64,000 nt of DNA from the NCBI GenBank assembly GCA_963675665.1, contig OY776510.1, positions 4,544,001 through 4,608,000 of the forward strand. Reading direction: 5' to 3'. Of this stretch, positions 1 to 10,112 are shown one piece after another. The notes beneath the pieces were generated by a model, which saw only the letters and a program-made list of their open reading frames with translations, had not been told where the DNA came from and searched no databases. Every line of letters starts with the position of its first letter. The first letter of the stretch is position 1. The translations under genes were made by a program, and so were the position numbers. This DNA comes from Spirochaetia bacterium. GTDB lineage: Bacteria; Spirochaetota; Spirochaetia; UBA9216.

Positions 1-1
1 G

Positions 2-322
2 AGGATAGATAATCCGACCAAGCGCTGGAAGCTCAGTCCTATGGACCTTGAATCACGCTCAAAATGGGTTGAATATTCCAGGGCAAAAGACGCCATGTTT
101 CTGCATACCGATATTGAACAGGCCCCCTGGTGGGTTGTTAATGCCGATATTAAACGCAATGCGCGGCTGAACTGCATAAGGCACTTTCTGTCGCAGTTCG
201 ATTATAAGGACCTGACCCCGCAGCCGATTGAGCTGCCGCCGCGCCAGGCTGCGGAAAACTACACGCGTCCGCCGATTGATTCGCAAAGGTGGATTCCGGA
301 ATATTACCCGGAAAACAGCTGA
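2..322 (+). CDS. ppk2: Polyphosphate kinase 2, C-terminal part (5'-truncated by window)
   Basis: Frame open from base 2: RIDNPTKRWKLSPMDLESRSKWVEYSRAKDAMFLHTD..APWWVV.AD.KR.ARLNCI is the typical PPK2 C-terminus. Confidence 0.9.
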   Translation, partial: RIDNPTKRWKLSPMDLESRSKWVEYSRAKDAMFLHTDIEQAPWWVVNADIKRNARLNCIRHFLSQFDYKDLTPQPIELPPRQAAENYTRPPIDSQRWIPEYYPENS

Positions 323-334
323 AGTTTTTCCAAA

Positions 335-2056
335 TCAGCCGAGTTCGTCCGCCCTTCGGCTTAACTCGGCCATCTTCCTTGTAAAAAACAGCTGAATGCC
401 CCGTTCATCGATAATTCCGGCAAATTCACCTTCCGGGTTTTTCGCTGTGACATTCCTGAAAACCGGAAGATACTCAACGCCTTTGAGCTTAAGCCTGTTT
501 CTTGCGTCTTCAGCGCTCTCTTCTATTCTGCAGGAAGCCTCGGGAACCTGCATAATATCGTGCGCCAGCAGAAAATCAGACAACTCGGCGGCCATAAAAG
601 TGTTTTTCAGATTTTCAATGCTGAGGATTCCGGCCAGGCGGCCGTCAGGATACACAACGGGATAACAGAGCGAATCGTGTTCGCTGAAGATTCCCAGTAT
701 CCGGCTTACCGGAGCGTTAACAGGAATTTTCGGCACATCGGAATACATAATGTCGGCAGCCTTGCTCTGTCTTACAATATCCTCTTCGGTTATATTAAGG
801 CCGACCTCGCCGGCGCGATCAACGGCGAATTTTACCGAGACCGGTCCGAGAATCTGCACTACAAAGGTTGTGGCGGTTACAACGGTAACAACCAGGTTGC
901 CGAATTCTCCGGTAAAAACCTGTCCGGCGACAATTGAAAGCCCGATGGCTACGCCGGCCTGGCTTAAAAGACAGAACGGCAGGTATTTAAAAACGGTCTT
1001 CGGGGCTTTTGAAATAAACGCCCCGGCCCGGGCGCCGATCAATTTTCCGAATGTTCTTCCGAAAAGAAAGACACCCGCTATTGCTGCGACAAAACCAGTT
1101 ATGTTCCATATGTTCAGCTTGGCGCCGACGAGGACAAAAAACAGGACGTAGATCGGCGGTGAAAATTTCTGGACCAGTGCAAATGTTTCGCGGCTCTTGC
1201 GCGGTGCGAAATTCGAGATAAAAAATCCCATCGACATCGCCGCGAGTATCATATCTATATCAAGAGCTACTGAAAGCCCGCTGAGCAGCATAATTGCCCC
1301 GATGGAAAACGCGAGTATACGGTCCTCGTTAAGAAAACCCTTTATCAGCTTGCTGAGAATAAGGGCAATAACAGCTCCCGCGGCTATCGCGCCTCCAATC
1401 TCCCAGGCAAGCCCGAGCAACTGCGACGAAAGTGCGGGCGCGGCAACGCCTGTTTCAGCGCCCCCCATCAGGCTGCCCGCGATGCTTACCGAAAAAGCGA
1501 ACAACAGCAGGGCCACAGCATCGTCCATCGCAACTATTCCGAGCACTGTCGAGGTCAGCGGCCCCCTGGTCCGGTTCTCCCAGAGAACGTCGGTGGTGGC
1601 GGCGGGCGCTGTCGCCGAAGAGATGGAACCGAGAACAAGCCCCATTGCCAGCGCCATTGCGAAATTGCCCGTAAGCAGATATACCAGCCCGAAAACAAGG
1701 GCCCCTACCACTACGAATGCCGTCAGGGCTTCAAGCAGCAGAATTGCTGTAAACTGTTTTCCCCGCTTCTTTAATTCGGCAATCTTCAGTTCGCCGCCGA
1801 TTGAAAAACCAATCAGCGAAAGGGCTACAGTGCTGACCGGGGCCAGCTTGCTGATCATGTCAAGCCCGATAAACTTCAGTCCCGACTGCCCCAGAACGGT
1901 TCCAATCACAATATAGCCTACTACCTGGGGTATCTTTATGCGCTGAAAAAGACGTCCGCCTATGGCGCCGCCGAACAGGATAATGCCTAAAAACAGGATG
2001 ATATTTATATTAAACAGCGACGCTTTTCCCGCGATATCGGCGATCAGTTCACTCAT
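335..2056 (-). CDS. Cation:proton antiporter (CPA2/Na_H_Exchanger) with C-terminal CBS pair
   Basis: About 12-13 hydrophobic segments, IPQVVGY, SATAPAAT and MDDA motifs; C-terminal CBS-like repeats (AADIM..YPVV..GRLAGILS). Confidence 0.85.
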   Translation of the reverse strand: MSELIADIAGKASLFNINIILFLGIILFGGAIGGRLFQRIKIPQVVGYIVIGTVLGQSGLKFIGLDMISKLAPVSTVALSLIGFSIGGELKIAELKKRGKQFTAILLLEALTAFVVVGALVFGLVYLLTGNFAMALAMGLVLGSISSATAPAATTDVLWENRTRGPLTSTVLGIVAMDDAVALLLFAFSVSIAGSLMGGAETGVAAPALSSQLLGLAWEIGGAIAAGAVIALILSKLIKGFLNEDRILAFSIGAIMLLSGLSVALDIDMILAAMSMGFFISNFAPRKSRETFALVQKFSPPIYVLFFVLVGAKLNIWNITGFVAAIAGVFLFGRTFGKLIGARAGAFISKAPKTVFKYLPFCLLSQAGVAIGLSIVAGQVFTGEFGNLVVTVVTATTFVVQILGPVSVKFAVDRAGEVGLNITEEDIVRQSKAADIMYSDVPKIPVNAPVSRILGIFSEHDSLCYPVVYPDGRLAGILSIENLKNTFMAAELSDFLLAHDIMQVPEASCRIEESAEDARNRLKLKGVEYLPVFRNVTAKNPEGEFAGIIDERGIQLFFTRKMAELSRRADELG

Positions 2057-2565
2057 TCGGTCGCCTCCGGTTCGGCGGCATCATCAGAACCTGAATCTTC
2101 CCTGCCCGAGAGAAGGCTGTATATCTCGTTTCCGTCGGCTGCGGCAATCAGCTTCTCACGCATCTCGGCCTCTTTAAGCCTAGTCGAAATCATTGAGAGT
2201 AGACGGATATGTTCTTTATGCTGGTTCTCACCGACAATGATCATCACGATAATCCTGACTTCAGAACCGTCGAGGGTATCATAATCGGCTATCCCTTCAG
2301 GCTGCACGCCGGCTATCACAAGCGGTGATTTTACCCCGCTGAAGCGAACGTGCGGAACCGCAATTCCCATACTTAGCCCGGTGCTCATAAGCTGTTCACG
2401 GTAAAAAAGCTCCTTTTTAAGCTCTTCGATATCAATTGAACCTTTTTTGGCCTGAGGTCCGTTGAAATCTTCCAGGCCTGAAACAAGCTCTATTATAGCT
2501 TCCGTTTTTGTCTTTTCCTTAAGAACCCGGCAACGCTCTCTGTTGATAATATTTCCAAGATCCAT
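2053..2565 (-). CDS. PTS EIIA (Ntr/fructose-type) domain protein
   Basis: REQLMSTGLSMGIAVPH phospho-His motif; 4-bp overlap with the antiporter gene. Confidence 0.85.
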   Translation of the reverse strand: MDLGNIINRERCRVLKEKTKTEAIIELVSGLEDFNGPQAKKGSIDIEELKKELFYREQLMSTGLSMGIAVPHVRFSGVKSPLVIAGVQPEGIADYDTLDGSEVRIIVMIIVGENQHKEHIRLLSMISTRLKEAEMREKLIAAADGNEIYSLLSGREDSGSDDAAEPEATE

Positions 2566-2690
2566 TAAAGGCCTCCTCAGGAGGTCCGGCCTCCTTCATA
2601 CAAGATAAACGGCAGGATATGGATTGTCAAGTATTCTTGGGCTTTATTGTCCTTTATTGTCCATTTCAGGGCGGAGAAATTCAATTTTTT

Positions 2691-2719
2691 AAAAAAAGAG
2701 CAGCCGTTACGACTGCTCT
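2691..2719 (-). terminator. Intrinsic terminator after the ABC exporter operon
   Basis: AGAGCAG/CTGCTCT stem followed by a T-run on the minus strand. Confidence 0.6.
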
Positions 2720-2729
2720 GCTGTTTTTT

Positions 2730-4604
2730 TCAGAATGAAGAACTCTCAAACTGGCTGTTGTAAAGATCGGCATAAAAACCTCCGCTGTCGAGAAGCTGTT
2801 TATGGGTTCCCTGCTCAATGATATCGCCTTCATTCATTACAAGTATTAAATCGGCATTCCTTATAGTCGACAGACGATGCGCTATGACAAAACTTGTTCT
2901 GCCGGCCATCAGGTTGTCCATTGCCTTCTGAATCAGCTCTTCCGTCCTTGTATCTACCGAGCTTGTCGCTTCGTCAAGAATAAGGATCTTCGGATCGGCA
3001 AGTATTGCCCTTGCGATGGTCAGAAGCTGTCGTTGTCCCTGAGATATATTGGTGGTCTCTTCATTAAGCATCATATCGTAACCGTCGGGAAGAGTTCGGA
3101 TAAAATGGTCGGCATGAGCGGCTTCCGTGGCCCGGACTATGTCCTCCTCGGATGCTTCAAGATTGCCGTACCGGATATTTTCCCTTATTGTCCCGTTGTA
3201 GAGCCAGGTATCCTGCAGGACCATTCCAAAATTGCGCCTGAGATCCTCCCGCCGGAATTCCTTCAAATCATGCCCGTCGACAAGGATCTCCCCGGACTGG
3301 ATGTCGTAGAAACGCATCAGAAGCTTAACCATTGTGGTTTTACCGGCGCCCGTCGGGCCTACGATCGCTATCTTTCTGCCCGGTTCCGCTTTGGCGGAGA
3401 AGTTTTTGATAACAGGGTTTTCGGGATCATAGCCGAAATGAACGTTTTTGAATTCTACAAGCCCCTCAACGGTGTCAAGCGTAACAGGGTCCCTTGTTTC
3501 GGCTATCTCCTGCTCTTCATCAAGAAACTCAAATACCCTTTCGGCCGCTGCCGCAGTCCTCTGAAGCACGTTGCTTATATTGGCTATCTGGTTTATCGGC
3601 TGGGTAAAATTATTAACATACTGGATAAACGCCTGCACATCTCCCAGGGTTATGGCGCGTTGAATAACAAGCCAGCCGCCGAAGATCGTTACCGCCACGT
3701 AACCGAGATTTCCGACAAAACGCATCAGCGGCATCATCATCCCTGAAAGAAACTGCGATTTCCAGGCCGATGAAAAGAGGGTCGTATTGTTTTCCTCAAA
3801 TATCCGAATGCTTTCTTCTTCGCCGTTGAAAGCCTTCATGACCATATGCCCCGAGAACATCTCCTCGACATGTCCGTTTATATGCCCGAGATAATCCTGC
3901 TGCTGTTTGAAAAATCTCTGTGAGTTTTTGACAATCAGGCTGACAAGAACCATTGATACCGGCAACATCCCTATGGCGATAAGGGTCATCCGCCAGTCGA
4001 TTGAAAACATCATAACAAGAACGCCGACAAGGGTTACCACCGAGGTAATAATCTGCGTCAGGCTCTGACTGAGCGTCTGGTTAATCGTATCTATGTCGTT
4101 GGTTATCCTCGAAAGAGTTTCTCCATGAGTTGTATTATCATAATAATTAAACGGGATTTTGTTGATCTTGAGCGACACGTCCCGTCTGAAACGATAGGTA
4201 ATATCCGCTGAAACACCGGACATCAGCCATCCCATAACGAAGGAAAACAATGATGATCCAAGGTAGATTGCAATAACAAAGATTATAATTTTCCCGATAT
4301 AGATAAAATCCACCGATCCTGTTCCGGCAATTTGGGCCATAACGCCCTCGAAAAGCGCAGTAGTGGCCTTCCCGAGAATCCTGGGTCCGATTATAAGGAA
4401 TACTGTCGAGGCCACCGAACAGATAAATACCAGCACCAGAGTCGGCTTGTATTTTTTCAAATATCCCGACAGGCGTATTATAGTGGCCTTAAAGTTTTTT
4501 GCCTTTTCGTTACTCATCATTGCAGCGCGATGTCCGCCGCCCATCGGGCCTCTTCCCGGAGGGCCTGCCGCAGGTCTGAAATTATTGGTCCTTTTGTCGC
4601 TCAT
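2730..4604 (-). CDS. ABC exporter fused TMD-NBD (TM288-like subunit)
   Basis: 6-TM domain, Walker A GPTGAGKT, ISQGQRQ signature, ILDEATS, IAHRLS. Confidence 0.92.
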   Translation of the reverse strand: MSDKRTNNFRPAAGPPGRGPMGGGHRAAMMSNEKAKNFKATIIRLSGYLKKYKPTLVLVFICSVASTVFLIIGPRILGKATTALFEGVMAQIAGTGSVDFIYIGKIIIFVIAIYLGSSLFSFVMGWLMSGVSADITYRFRRDVSLKINKIPFNYYDNTTHGETLSRITNDIDTINQTLSQSLTQIITSVVTLVGVLVMMFSIDWRMTLIAIGMLPVSMVLVSLIVKNSQRFFKQQQDYLGHINGHVEEMFSGHMVMKAFNGEEESIRIFEENNTTLFSSAWKSQFLSGMMMPLMRFVGNLGYVAVTIFGGWLVIQRAITLGDVQAFIQYVNNFTQPINQIANISNVLQRTAAAAERVFEFLDEEQEIAETRDPVTLDTVEGLVEFKNVHFGYDPENPVIKNFSAKAEPGRKIAIVGPTGAGKTTMVKLLMRFYDIQSGEILVDGHDLKEFRREDLRRNFGMVLQDTWLYNGTIRENIRYGNLEASEEDIVRATEAAHADHFIRTLPDGYDMMLNEETTNISQGQRQLLTIARAILADPKILILDEATSSVDTRTEELIQKAMDNLMAGRTSFVIAHRLSTIRNADLILVMNEGDIIEQGTHKQLLDSGGFYADLYNSQFESSSF

Positions 4605-6784
4605 GCCAGTTCCTCCATATCAAGTTGTGAATAGACAATCTCGCGGTACTCCTCACAGTCCTTCATAAGCTCGTCATGGGTTCCCTTGCCTACTATCCGT
4701 CCTTCATCCAGGACAATGATCTGTTCGGCCCGCATGATGGTCGATACCCGCTGCGCAACAATAATAAGAGTGCTCTCGCCGGTGTTTTTCTTCATCGCCC
4801 TGCGCAGCGCCGCATCGGTTTTAAAATCAAGGGCTGAAAAACTGTCGTCAAATATATAGATCGGGGCCTTTTTTACAAGGGCCCTTGCTATCGAGATCCT
4901 CTGTTTCTGACCGCCGGAGATGTTTGCGCCGCCCTGGGCAATCGGAGTTTCCATACCTTCAGGTTTTACATTTATAAACTCTGCAGCCTGCGATGTCTCC
5001 GCCGCAATTGCAAGCGTACTTTCATCAGCTTCCGAATCGCCGTACTGCAGGTTGCTTTTTATTGTGCCCGAGAACAGGGTGACTTTCTGTGGAACATAGC
5101 CTATCCGGGCCCTGAGGTCCTTCTGCCTGAGCGATTTTACATTTATCCCGTCCACCAGAACCTCTCCGTGCTCAACATCGTAGAACCTCGGAATTAAATT
5201 CACAACGGTGCTTTTCCCGGAACCGGTCGAACCGATTATTGCTGTGGTTTGGCCCGGTTCGGCAGTGAAACTGATGTTTTCAACGGCGCACGCCTCGCCT
5301 CCCGGATACCTGAAACATACATCCCTGAATTCAATCAGTCCACGGGACTTCCCCTCAAACTCAACCGGATTTTCCGGATCCCTGATTGTCGGCTCCGTTT
5401 CAAGCACTTCAGCAATTCTGACGCCGGAAACAGAAGCCCTGGGCAGAAATATAAAGATCATTGAAAGCATCAGAAACGACATCACTATCTGCATTGCATA
5501 CTGAAGAAAGGCCATCATATCGCCCACCTGCATTGCCGACTCGGCAACCTTGTGCGCCCCTACCCAGATTATCGCTACCGTAAGAGCATTCATCACAAGC
5601 ATCATAAACGGCATCATCGTGACCATTATCCTCGTTACAAAAAGGTTAACGCCGGTCAGTTCCTTATTTGCCGCGTCAAACCGTTTTTCTTCAAATTTCT
5701 GCCGGTTGAAAGCCCTCACTACCATCAGTCCGGAGAGCTGCTCTCTTGTTACCAGGTTAAGCCGATCAATCAGCTTTTGTATCATCTTGAATTTCGGCGC
5801 GGCAATCGAAAAGACAACCGCGATCATTCCGATAATAACCATCACGGCAAGACCTATCAACCATGCCATCGAGGGGGCCTTTCCAACAGCCCGGATAACG
5901 CCGCCGACTCCCATAAGCGGGGCAAATATAACCATCCGCAGCATCATGAACACAACCATCTGAATCTGTGTAATATCGTTTGTAGTCCTCGTGATAAGAG
6001 AGGCGGTTGAAAACCTGTCGAATTCCTCTCCATTGAATTGCTCTACCCGTCTGAAAATATCGCTTCTGACCTTTTGGGCCATGCCTGCTGCGGTACGCGC
6101 AGCAATCAGACCGGCAATGATATTAGCCGTAATGGATATCAGCGTTATGATAATCATCTGAAAGCCGGTCTTCTTAATATAGCCCAGCTGCATCCCTGCG
6201 ATATCCAGGTCTATGGCCTCATACTCGGCCTTAACCGCCCTCAGGGCGCCCTGTCTGCCGACAACCGGGTCAAGATCCGAAGTCTTTTGCTTAATCATCG
6301 CGATAACCCCGTCCCGCTGCTGCCGGGGCATCATTTCGAGCATTGTGAAAAAATCAGTTCCGGCAGGGACCGAATCCGGCAGAGCAATCCCCCGGGAGGA
6401 AGGGTCATTCATCATCCGGTCAATTCCGGAAACCGTCAAGAAGGCTTCCGAAAAAATCGGCTCAATATCGGCTGTTTCAGCATCGTCCCTGAGTACATAA
6501 ACTTCTTCCTTATAAACACCCGAACCGCCGGCCATGAACTCGTAACGGGCTGTAATATCCTCCCCGGCCTTGTCGTCAATAAATAAAAGCAGCCTGTCCA
6601 TTGTACTCTTTCTGATTACATCCGGCACCGGCGATTCGATGCCGCTCTGCTGTATCCCGGTGTTTACAATTTTCGACATGTAATCAGGAAGGGCAAGATC
6701 CAGGTTAACCTGCAGAAAAATCAGCAATGCGCAAAATATTATGCCGATGGTATAAGGTTTTAAATATCTTAAAAGTTTAATCAT
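4601..6784 (-). CDS. ABC exporter fused TMD-NBD (TM287-like subunit, large extracytoplasmic insert)
   Basis: GSTGSGKS, ISGGQKQR, degenerate Walker B IFDDSFS and VAQR switch. Confidence 0.92.
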   Translation of the reverse strand: MIKLLRYLKPYTIGIIFCALLIFLQVNLDLALPDYMSKIVNTGIQQSGIESPVPDVIRKSTMDRLLLFIDDKAGEDITARYEFMAGGSGVYKEEVYVLRDDAETADIEPIFSEAFLTVSGIDRMMNDPSSRGIALPDSVPAGTDFFTMLEMMPRQQRDGVIAMIKQKTSDLDPVVGRQGALRAVKAEYEAIDLDIAGMQLGYIKKTGFQMIIITLISITANIIAGLIAARTAAGMAQKVRSDIFRRVEQFNGEEFDRFSTASLITRTTNDITQIQMVVFMMLRMVIFAPLMGVGGVIRAVGKAPSMAWLIGLAVMVIIGMIAVVFSIAAPKFKMIQKLIDRLNLVTREQLSGLMVVRAFNRQKFEEKRFDAANKELTGVNLFVTRIMVTMMPFMMLVMNALTVAIIWVGAHKVAESAMQVGDMMAFLQYAMQIVMSFLMLSMIFIFLPRASVSGVRIAEVLETEPTIRDPENPVEFEGKSRGLIEFRDVCFRYPGGEACAVENISFTAEPGQTTAIIGSTGSGKSTVVNLIPRFYDVEHGEVLVDGINVKSLRQKDLRARIGYVPQKVTLFSGTIKSNLQYGDSEADESTLAIAAETSQAAEFINVKPEGMETPIAQGGANISGGQKQRISIARALVKKAPIYIFDDSFSALDFKTDAALRRAMKKNTGESTLIIVAQRVSTIMRAEQIIVLDEGRIVGKGTHDELMKDCEEYREIVYSQLDMEELA

Positions 6785-7281
6785 AAATATTCTCCATGTC
6801 CGTGTTTATGACATCTGCATTTCTCAGATTCGCCGCCGAAAAGCCTGATTTTGGCATTCAGGACTTCCAGGGCATCAGTTGTGGTCCGGAGTTCTTCTTC
6901 CGATAATTTGTCCGCGAGCAACCGGAACCAGTCCTTTTTTACGGCACGGCTTTCTTTCATCATCCTGAGACCTTCTTCCGAAAGTCTGTGCAGGCGAATT
7001 CTCCTGTCGCTGCTGCTGCCGAACCTTTCAATTATACCCTGTGTTACAAGCTGATCAAGCAGCTGGCTTGCAGCCGGATTACTTACCGACAGCATCCTGC
7101 TTACATTACCAACCGTACACTCACTGCGGTGATAAAGCATATGAAGCGTTGAAATCTGTGAATGGGAAAGGCCTTTTTTCCTGAAATAACTGAAATACCC
7201 CCTGAACGAGATATACATCGACATTTCCGTCAGTTCGGTCAGGGCTTTACTGCATCTTTCTATATAATCTTTATGTTTCAT
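6781..7281 (-). CDS. MarR-family transcriptional regulator
   Basis: wHTH pattern VSNPAASQLLDQLV..GIIER...DRR; first gene of the exporter operon. Confidence 0.85.
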   Translation of the reverse strand: MKHKDYIERCSKALTELTEMSMYISFRGYFSYFRKKGLSHSQISTLHMLYHRSECTVGNVSRMLSVSNPAASQLLDQLVTQGIIERFGSSSDRRIRLHRLSEEGLRMMKESRAVKKDWFRLLADKLSEEELRTTTDALEVLNAKIRLFGGESEKCRCHKHGHGEYL

Positions 7282-7287
7282 ACCAAT

Positions 7288-7349
7288 TTATTTAAGTAAA
7301 ATTAAATAATAACCCTACTTAAGGTATTATCATAATAAAGTATAGTCAA
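7288..7349 (-). promoter_or_regulatory. sigma70-type promoter plus putative MarR operator
   Basis: Minus strand TTGACT-N17-TACCTT (7349-7321); palindrome TTATTTAA-N6-TTAAATAA at 7288-7309, just upstream of the marR start. Confidence 0.55.
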
Positions 7350-7350
7350 G

Positions 7351-7374
7351 AAAAACCGGCGCAGAACACGCCGG
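7351..7374 (-). terminator. Intrinsic terminator after gltX
   Basis: CCGGCG/CGCCGG stem, then T5 on the minus strand. Confidence 0.55.
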
Positions 7375-7401
7375 ATTTATCAAAATTTTCCCGGTAATGC
7401 G

Positions 7402-8868
7402 TCAGCCAAGCAGTGCAGCAGCCGCATCTATTCTCTGAAGAGCCTTTTCCAATCCAAGAAGTCTGATTGATGCAAACAGCGGCGGTGATATTCTGCTGCC
7501 GGTCACGGCAAGCCGAAGAGGCGCAAGAAGATCCCCGAGTTTGTATCCGCTTTTCTCTGAAAGGGCCTTGAAGTCTTCTTCAAGCGCCTCGTCATCTGTT
7601 TCAGCCATTGTTTCAACCAAAGCCCTGCCCAATTTTAAAATTTCAAGGGTTGCAGCGGCATCCTGTTTCTTCGGAATCAGGTCTTCAGCCGGGTAACCCG
7701 AGATATCGGAAAACAGAAAGGCTGTCATGGGTACAATATCCGAAAGGACTTTAAGCCTCTCCTTTACAATGGGAATCATTCCGTCAAGCATATCGTTCTG
7801 GGCGGCAGTCGGCGGAACATCAAGGTTGCCGGACTTCTGCAGATAAGGCACTATCTTTTCCTTCAGGGCATTATCATCAAGCATACGGATATACTGCCCG
7901 TTAAACCAGTCGAGTTTTTTATAGTCGAAAACCCCCGGGGCCTTGTTCAGTTTTTCAAGAACAAAAAGCTTCTCAAGGTCGGACTTGTCGAAAAACTCGC
8001 GGCTGTCGTCGTAAGACCAGCCTATCAGCGATATATAGTTTATAAGCGCCTCAGGCAGATACCCGGCGGCAATAAAATCTCGAAGGCTTGTAGAACCGTG
8101 TCTCTTTGAAAGTTTCTGGCCGTCCTTGCCCATAACCATCGGAAGGTGACAGTACACCGGCGGCTCCCATTCGAATGCCTGGTACAGCAAAATATGCAGA
8201 GGTCCGGACGGAAGCCATTCCTGGGCGCGCATAATATGCGATATTTCCATGTGGTGGTCGTCAATGATGTTGGCAAGGTGATACGTCGGGAAACCGTCAG
8301 ACTTGAGCAGTACCGGATCGGGGTTGATGTCGCTGTTCTTTCTTTTCACATCGCCGAGCAGGACATCATGAAAAACGGTAATGCCGTCAAGCGGTATCTT
8401 AAAGCGGACAACGGGCCTGATGCCCTGCGCCTCGTATTCGGCCTGCTGTTCCGGGGTCAGGTCGCGGCAGCGCCTGTCGTAGCCCTGCTGCGATTTCTTG
8501 TTTTTCTGCTGCTCCGCGCGGAGGGCCTCAAGACGCTCGGGCGTGCAGTAGCATTTATACGCCTTTCCCTCGTCTATAAGCTGCTGCGCGTACCTGCTGT
8601 ACATTTCAAAACGTTCCGATTGCACATACGGGCCGTAATCACCGCCCTTGTCGGGGCCCTCGTCCCATTCAATACCGAGCCAGCGGAATGTATCATACAG
8701 ATCCTGCAGCGATTCGTCGCTGTAACGCTCACGATCAGTATCCTCGATCCTGAGGATAAACCGTCCTCCCTGACTTTTTGCAAAGAAATAGTTGAAAAGA
8801 GCGGTCCTTACGCCGCCTATATGCTGTAGCCCCGTCGGCGACGGAGCATATCTTACTCTTACGCTCAT
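7402..8868 (-). CDS. gltX: Glutamate--tRNA ligase
   Basis: VRVRYAPSPTG, HIGG, RIEDTD and KLSKR motifs; true start placed at ATG 8868, not the ORF start 9063 that overlaps alaA. Confidence 0.95.
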   Translation of the reverse strand: MSVRVRYAPSPTGLQHIGGVRTALFNYFFAKSQGGRFILRIEDTDRERYSDESLQDLYDTFRWLGIEWDEGPDKGGDYGPYVQSERFEMYSRYAQQLIDEGKAYKCYCTPERLEALRAEQQKNKKSQQGYDRRCRDLTPEQQAEYEAQGIRPVVRFKIPLDGITVFHDVLLGDVKRKNSDINPDPVLLKSDGFPTYHLANIIDDHHMEISHIMRAQEWLPSGPLHILLYQAFEWEPPVYCHLPMVMGKDGQKLSKRHGSTSLRDFIAAGYLPEALINYISLIGWSYDDSREFFDKSDLEKLFVLEKLNKAPGVFDYKKLDWFNGQYIRMLDDNALKEKIVPYLQKSGNLDVPPTAAQNDMLDGMIPIVKERLKVLSDIVPMTAFLFSDISGYPAEDLIPKKQDAAATLEILKLGRALVETMAETDDEALEEDFKALSEKSGYKLGDLLAPLRLAVTGSRISPPLFASIRLLGLEKALQRIDAAAALLG

Positions 8869-8878
8869 TTTACCGTCC

Positions 8879-10105
8879 TTATTGAATAATTGTCTGTCTG
8901 TAGCTGCCAAGAAAATCCTTAAGACCCGCAGCGGCACGTTCAAGCTCGTCCACAACAGGCAGAAATACCAGTCTGAAATGATCGGGTTTCTTCCAGTTGA
9001 AGCCGGTCCCCTGCACAAGCAGTATATGTTTCTCCCGCAGAAAATCAAGAACAAACTGCACATCGTCGGTTATATTAAAAAGATCAGTGTCCAGCTTCGG
9101 AAAACAGTAAAGGGCCCCGGCAGGCTTTACGCAGCTGACTCCCGGAATATCGTTGAGAAGTTTCCAGGCAAGTTCCCGCTGCTCAAACAGCCTTCCGCCG
9201 GGCCTGATCAGCTCGCCGATGCTCTGAAACCCGCCGAGGCTTGTCTGTATCGCGTACTGCGCGGGAACATTACTGCACAGACGCATATTTGAAAGAATGT
9301 TCAGCCCTTCAATATAGTCGGCAGCGTTCTTTTTCTTCCCGCTGAGAATCATCCATCCGGCCCGAAACCCGGGGGCCCTGTAAACCTTGGACAGCCCTCC
9401 GAAAGTGATGAAAAACACCTCGTCGCTCAGCGACGCCGGAGATATGTAGGTTTCCTGATCATAAATAATCTTGTCGTAGATCTCATCTGAAAATATAATC
9501 AATTCGTGCTTTTCAGCCAGCCCGATTATCTGATTCAGAATTTCCTGGGTGTATACTGCGCCGGTAGGGTTGTTCGGGCTTATTATTACTATGGCCTTGG
9601 TCCGTGGCGTTATTTTAGATTCCATATCGTCAATGTCGGGCATCCATCCGGCGCTTTCGTCGCAGAGGTAATGCACCGGCATCCCGCCGGAAAGCGTTAC
9701 CGAAGCGGTCCAGAGCGGGTAATCCGGCGCCGGAATAAGGACTTCGTCGCCGTTATCAAGCAGTCCGTTCATGGACATTGAAATCAGTTCCGAAACGCCG
9801 TTTCCGATATATATGTCGTCGACATCAACCCCATGGATGTTTTTCTGCTGACAGTTATGCATTACCGCCTTGCGGGCTGCAAAAATCCCCTTCGAATCGC
9901 AGTAGCCTTCGGCATCGCGCATATTCATAATCATATCGTGAACAACTTCATCAGGCGTATACAATCCGAAAGGCGCCGTGTTGCCTATATTAAGCTTCAG
10001 GATATTCGCTCCCTCAGCCTGAAGCCTGTCGGCTTCTTTCATTACAGGGCCGCGAATATCATAGCAGACATTATCAAGTTTCTTTGACTTCTTAAAATTC
10101 CTCAT
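8879..10105 (-). CDS. alaA: PLP-dependent aminotransferase, AlaA/AlaT family
   Basis: KSKKLDNVCYDIRGPV, LNIGN, PNNPTG, DEIYD, GLSKVYR..GFR.GW; start at ATG 10105. Confidence 0.9.
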   Translation of the reverse strand: MRNFKKSKKLDNVCYDIRGPVMKEADRLQAEGANILKLNIGNTAPFGLYTPDEVVHDMIMNMRDAEGYCDSKGIFAARKAVMHNCQQKNIHGVDVDDIYIGNGVSELISMSMNGLLDNGDEVLIPAPDYPLWTASVTLSGGMPVHYLCDESAGWMPDIDDMESKITPRTKAIVIISPNNPTGAVYTQEILNQIIGLAEKHELIIFSDEIYDKIIYDQETYISPASLSDEVFFITFGGLSKVYRAPGFRAGWMILSGKKKNAADYIEGLNILSNMRLCSNVPAQYAIQTSLGGFQSIGELIRPGGRLFEQRELAWKLLNDIPGVSCVKPAGALYCFPKLDTDLFNITDDVQFVLDFLREKHILLVQGTGFNWKKPDHFRLVFLPVVDELERAAAGLKDFLGSYRQTIIQ

Positions 10106-10112
10106 GTTGTTC

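Noticed and set aside
396-6586. Long plus-strand ORFs (e.g. 1197-1916, 2877-3746) and similar shadow ORFs elsewhere
   Set aside because: They are antisense shadows of well-supported genes
2730-6784. Degenerate Walker B/switch residues as a sign of inactivation
   Set aside because: This asymmetry is normal for TM287/288-type heterodimeric exporters
8869-9063. N-terminal extension of GltX in the ORF track
   Set aside because: It overlaps alaA in another frame; homology starts at MSVRVRYAPSP (8868)
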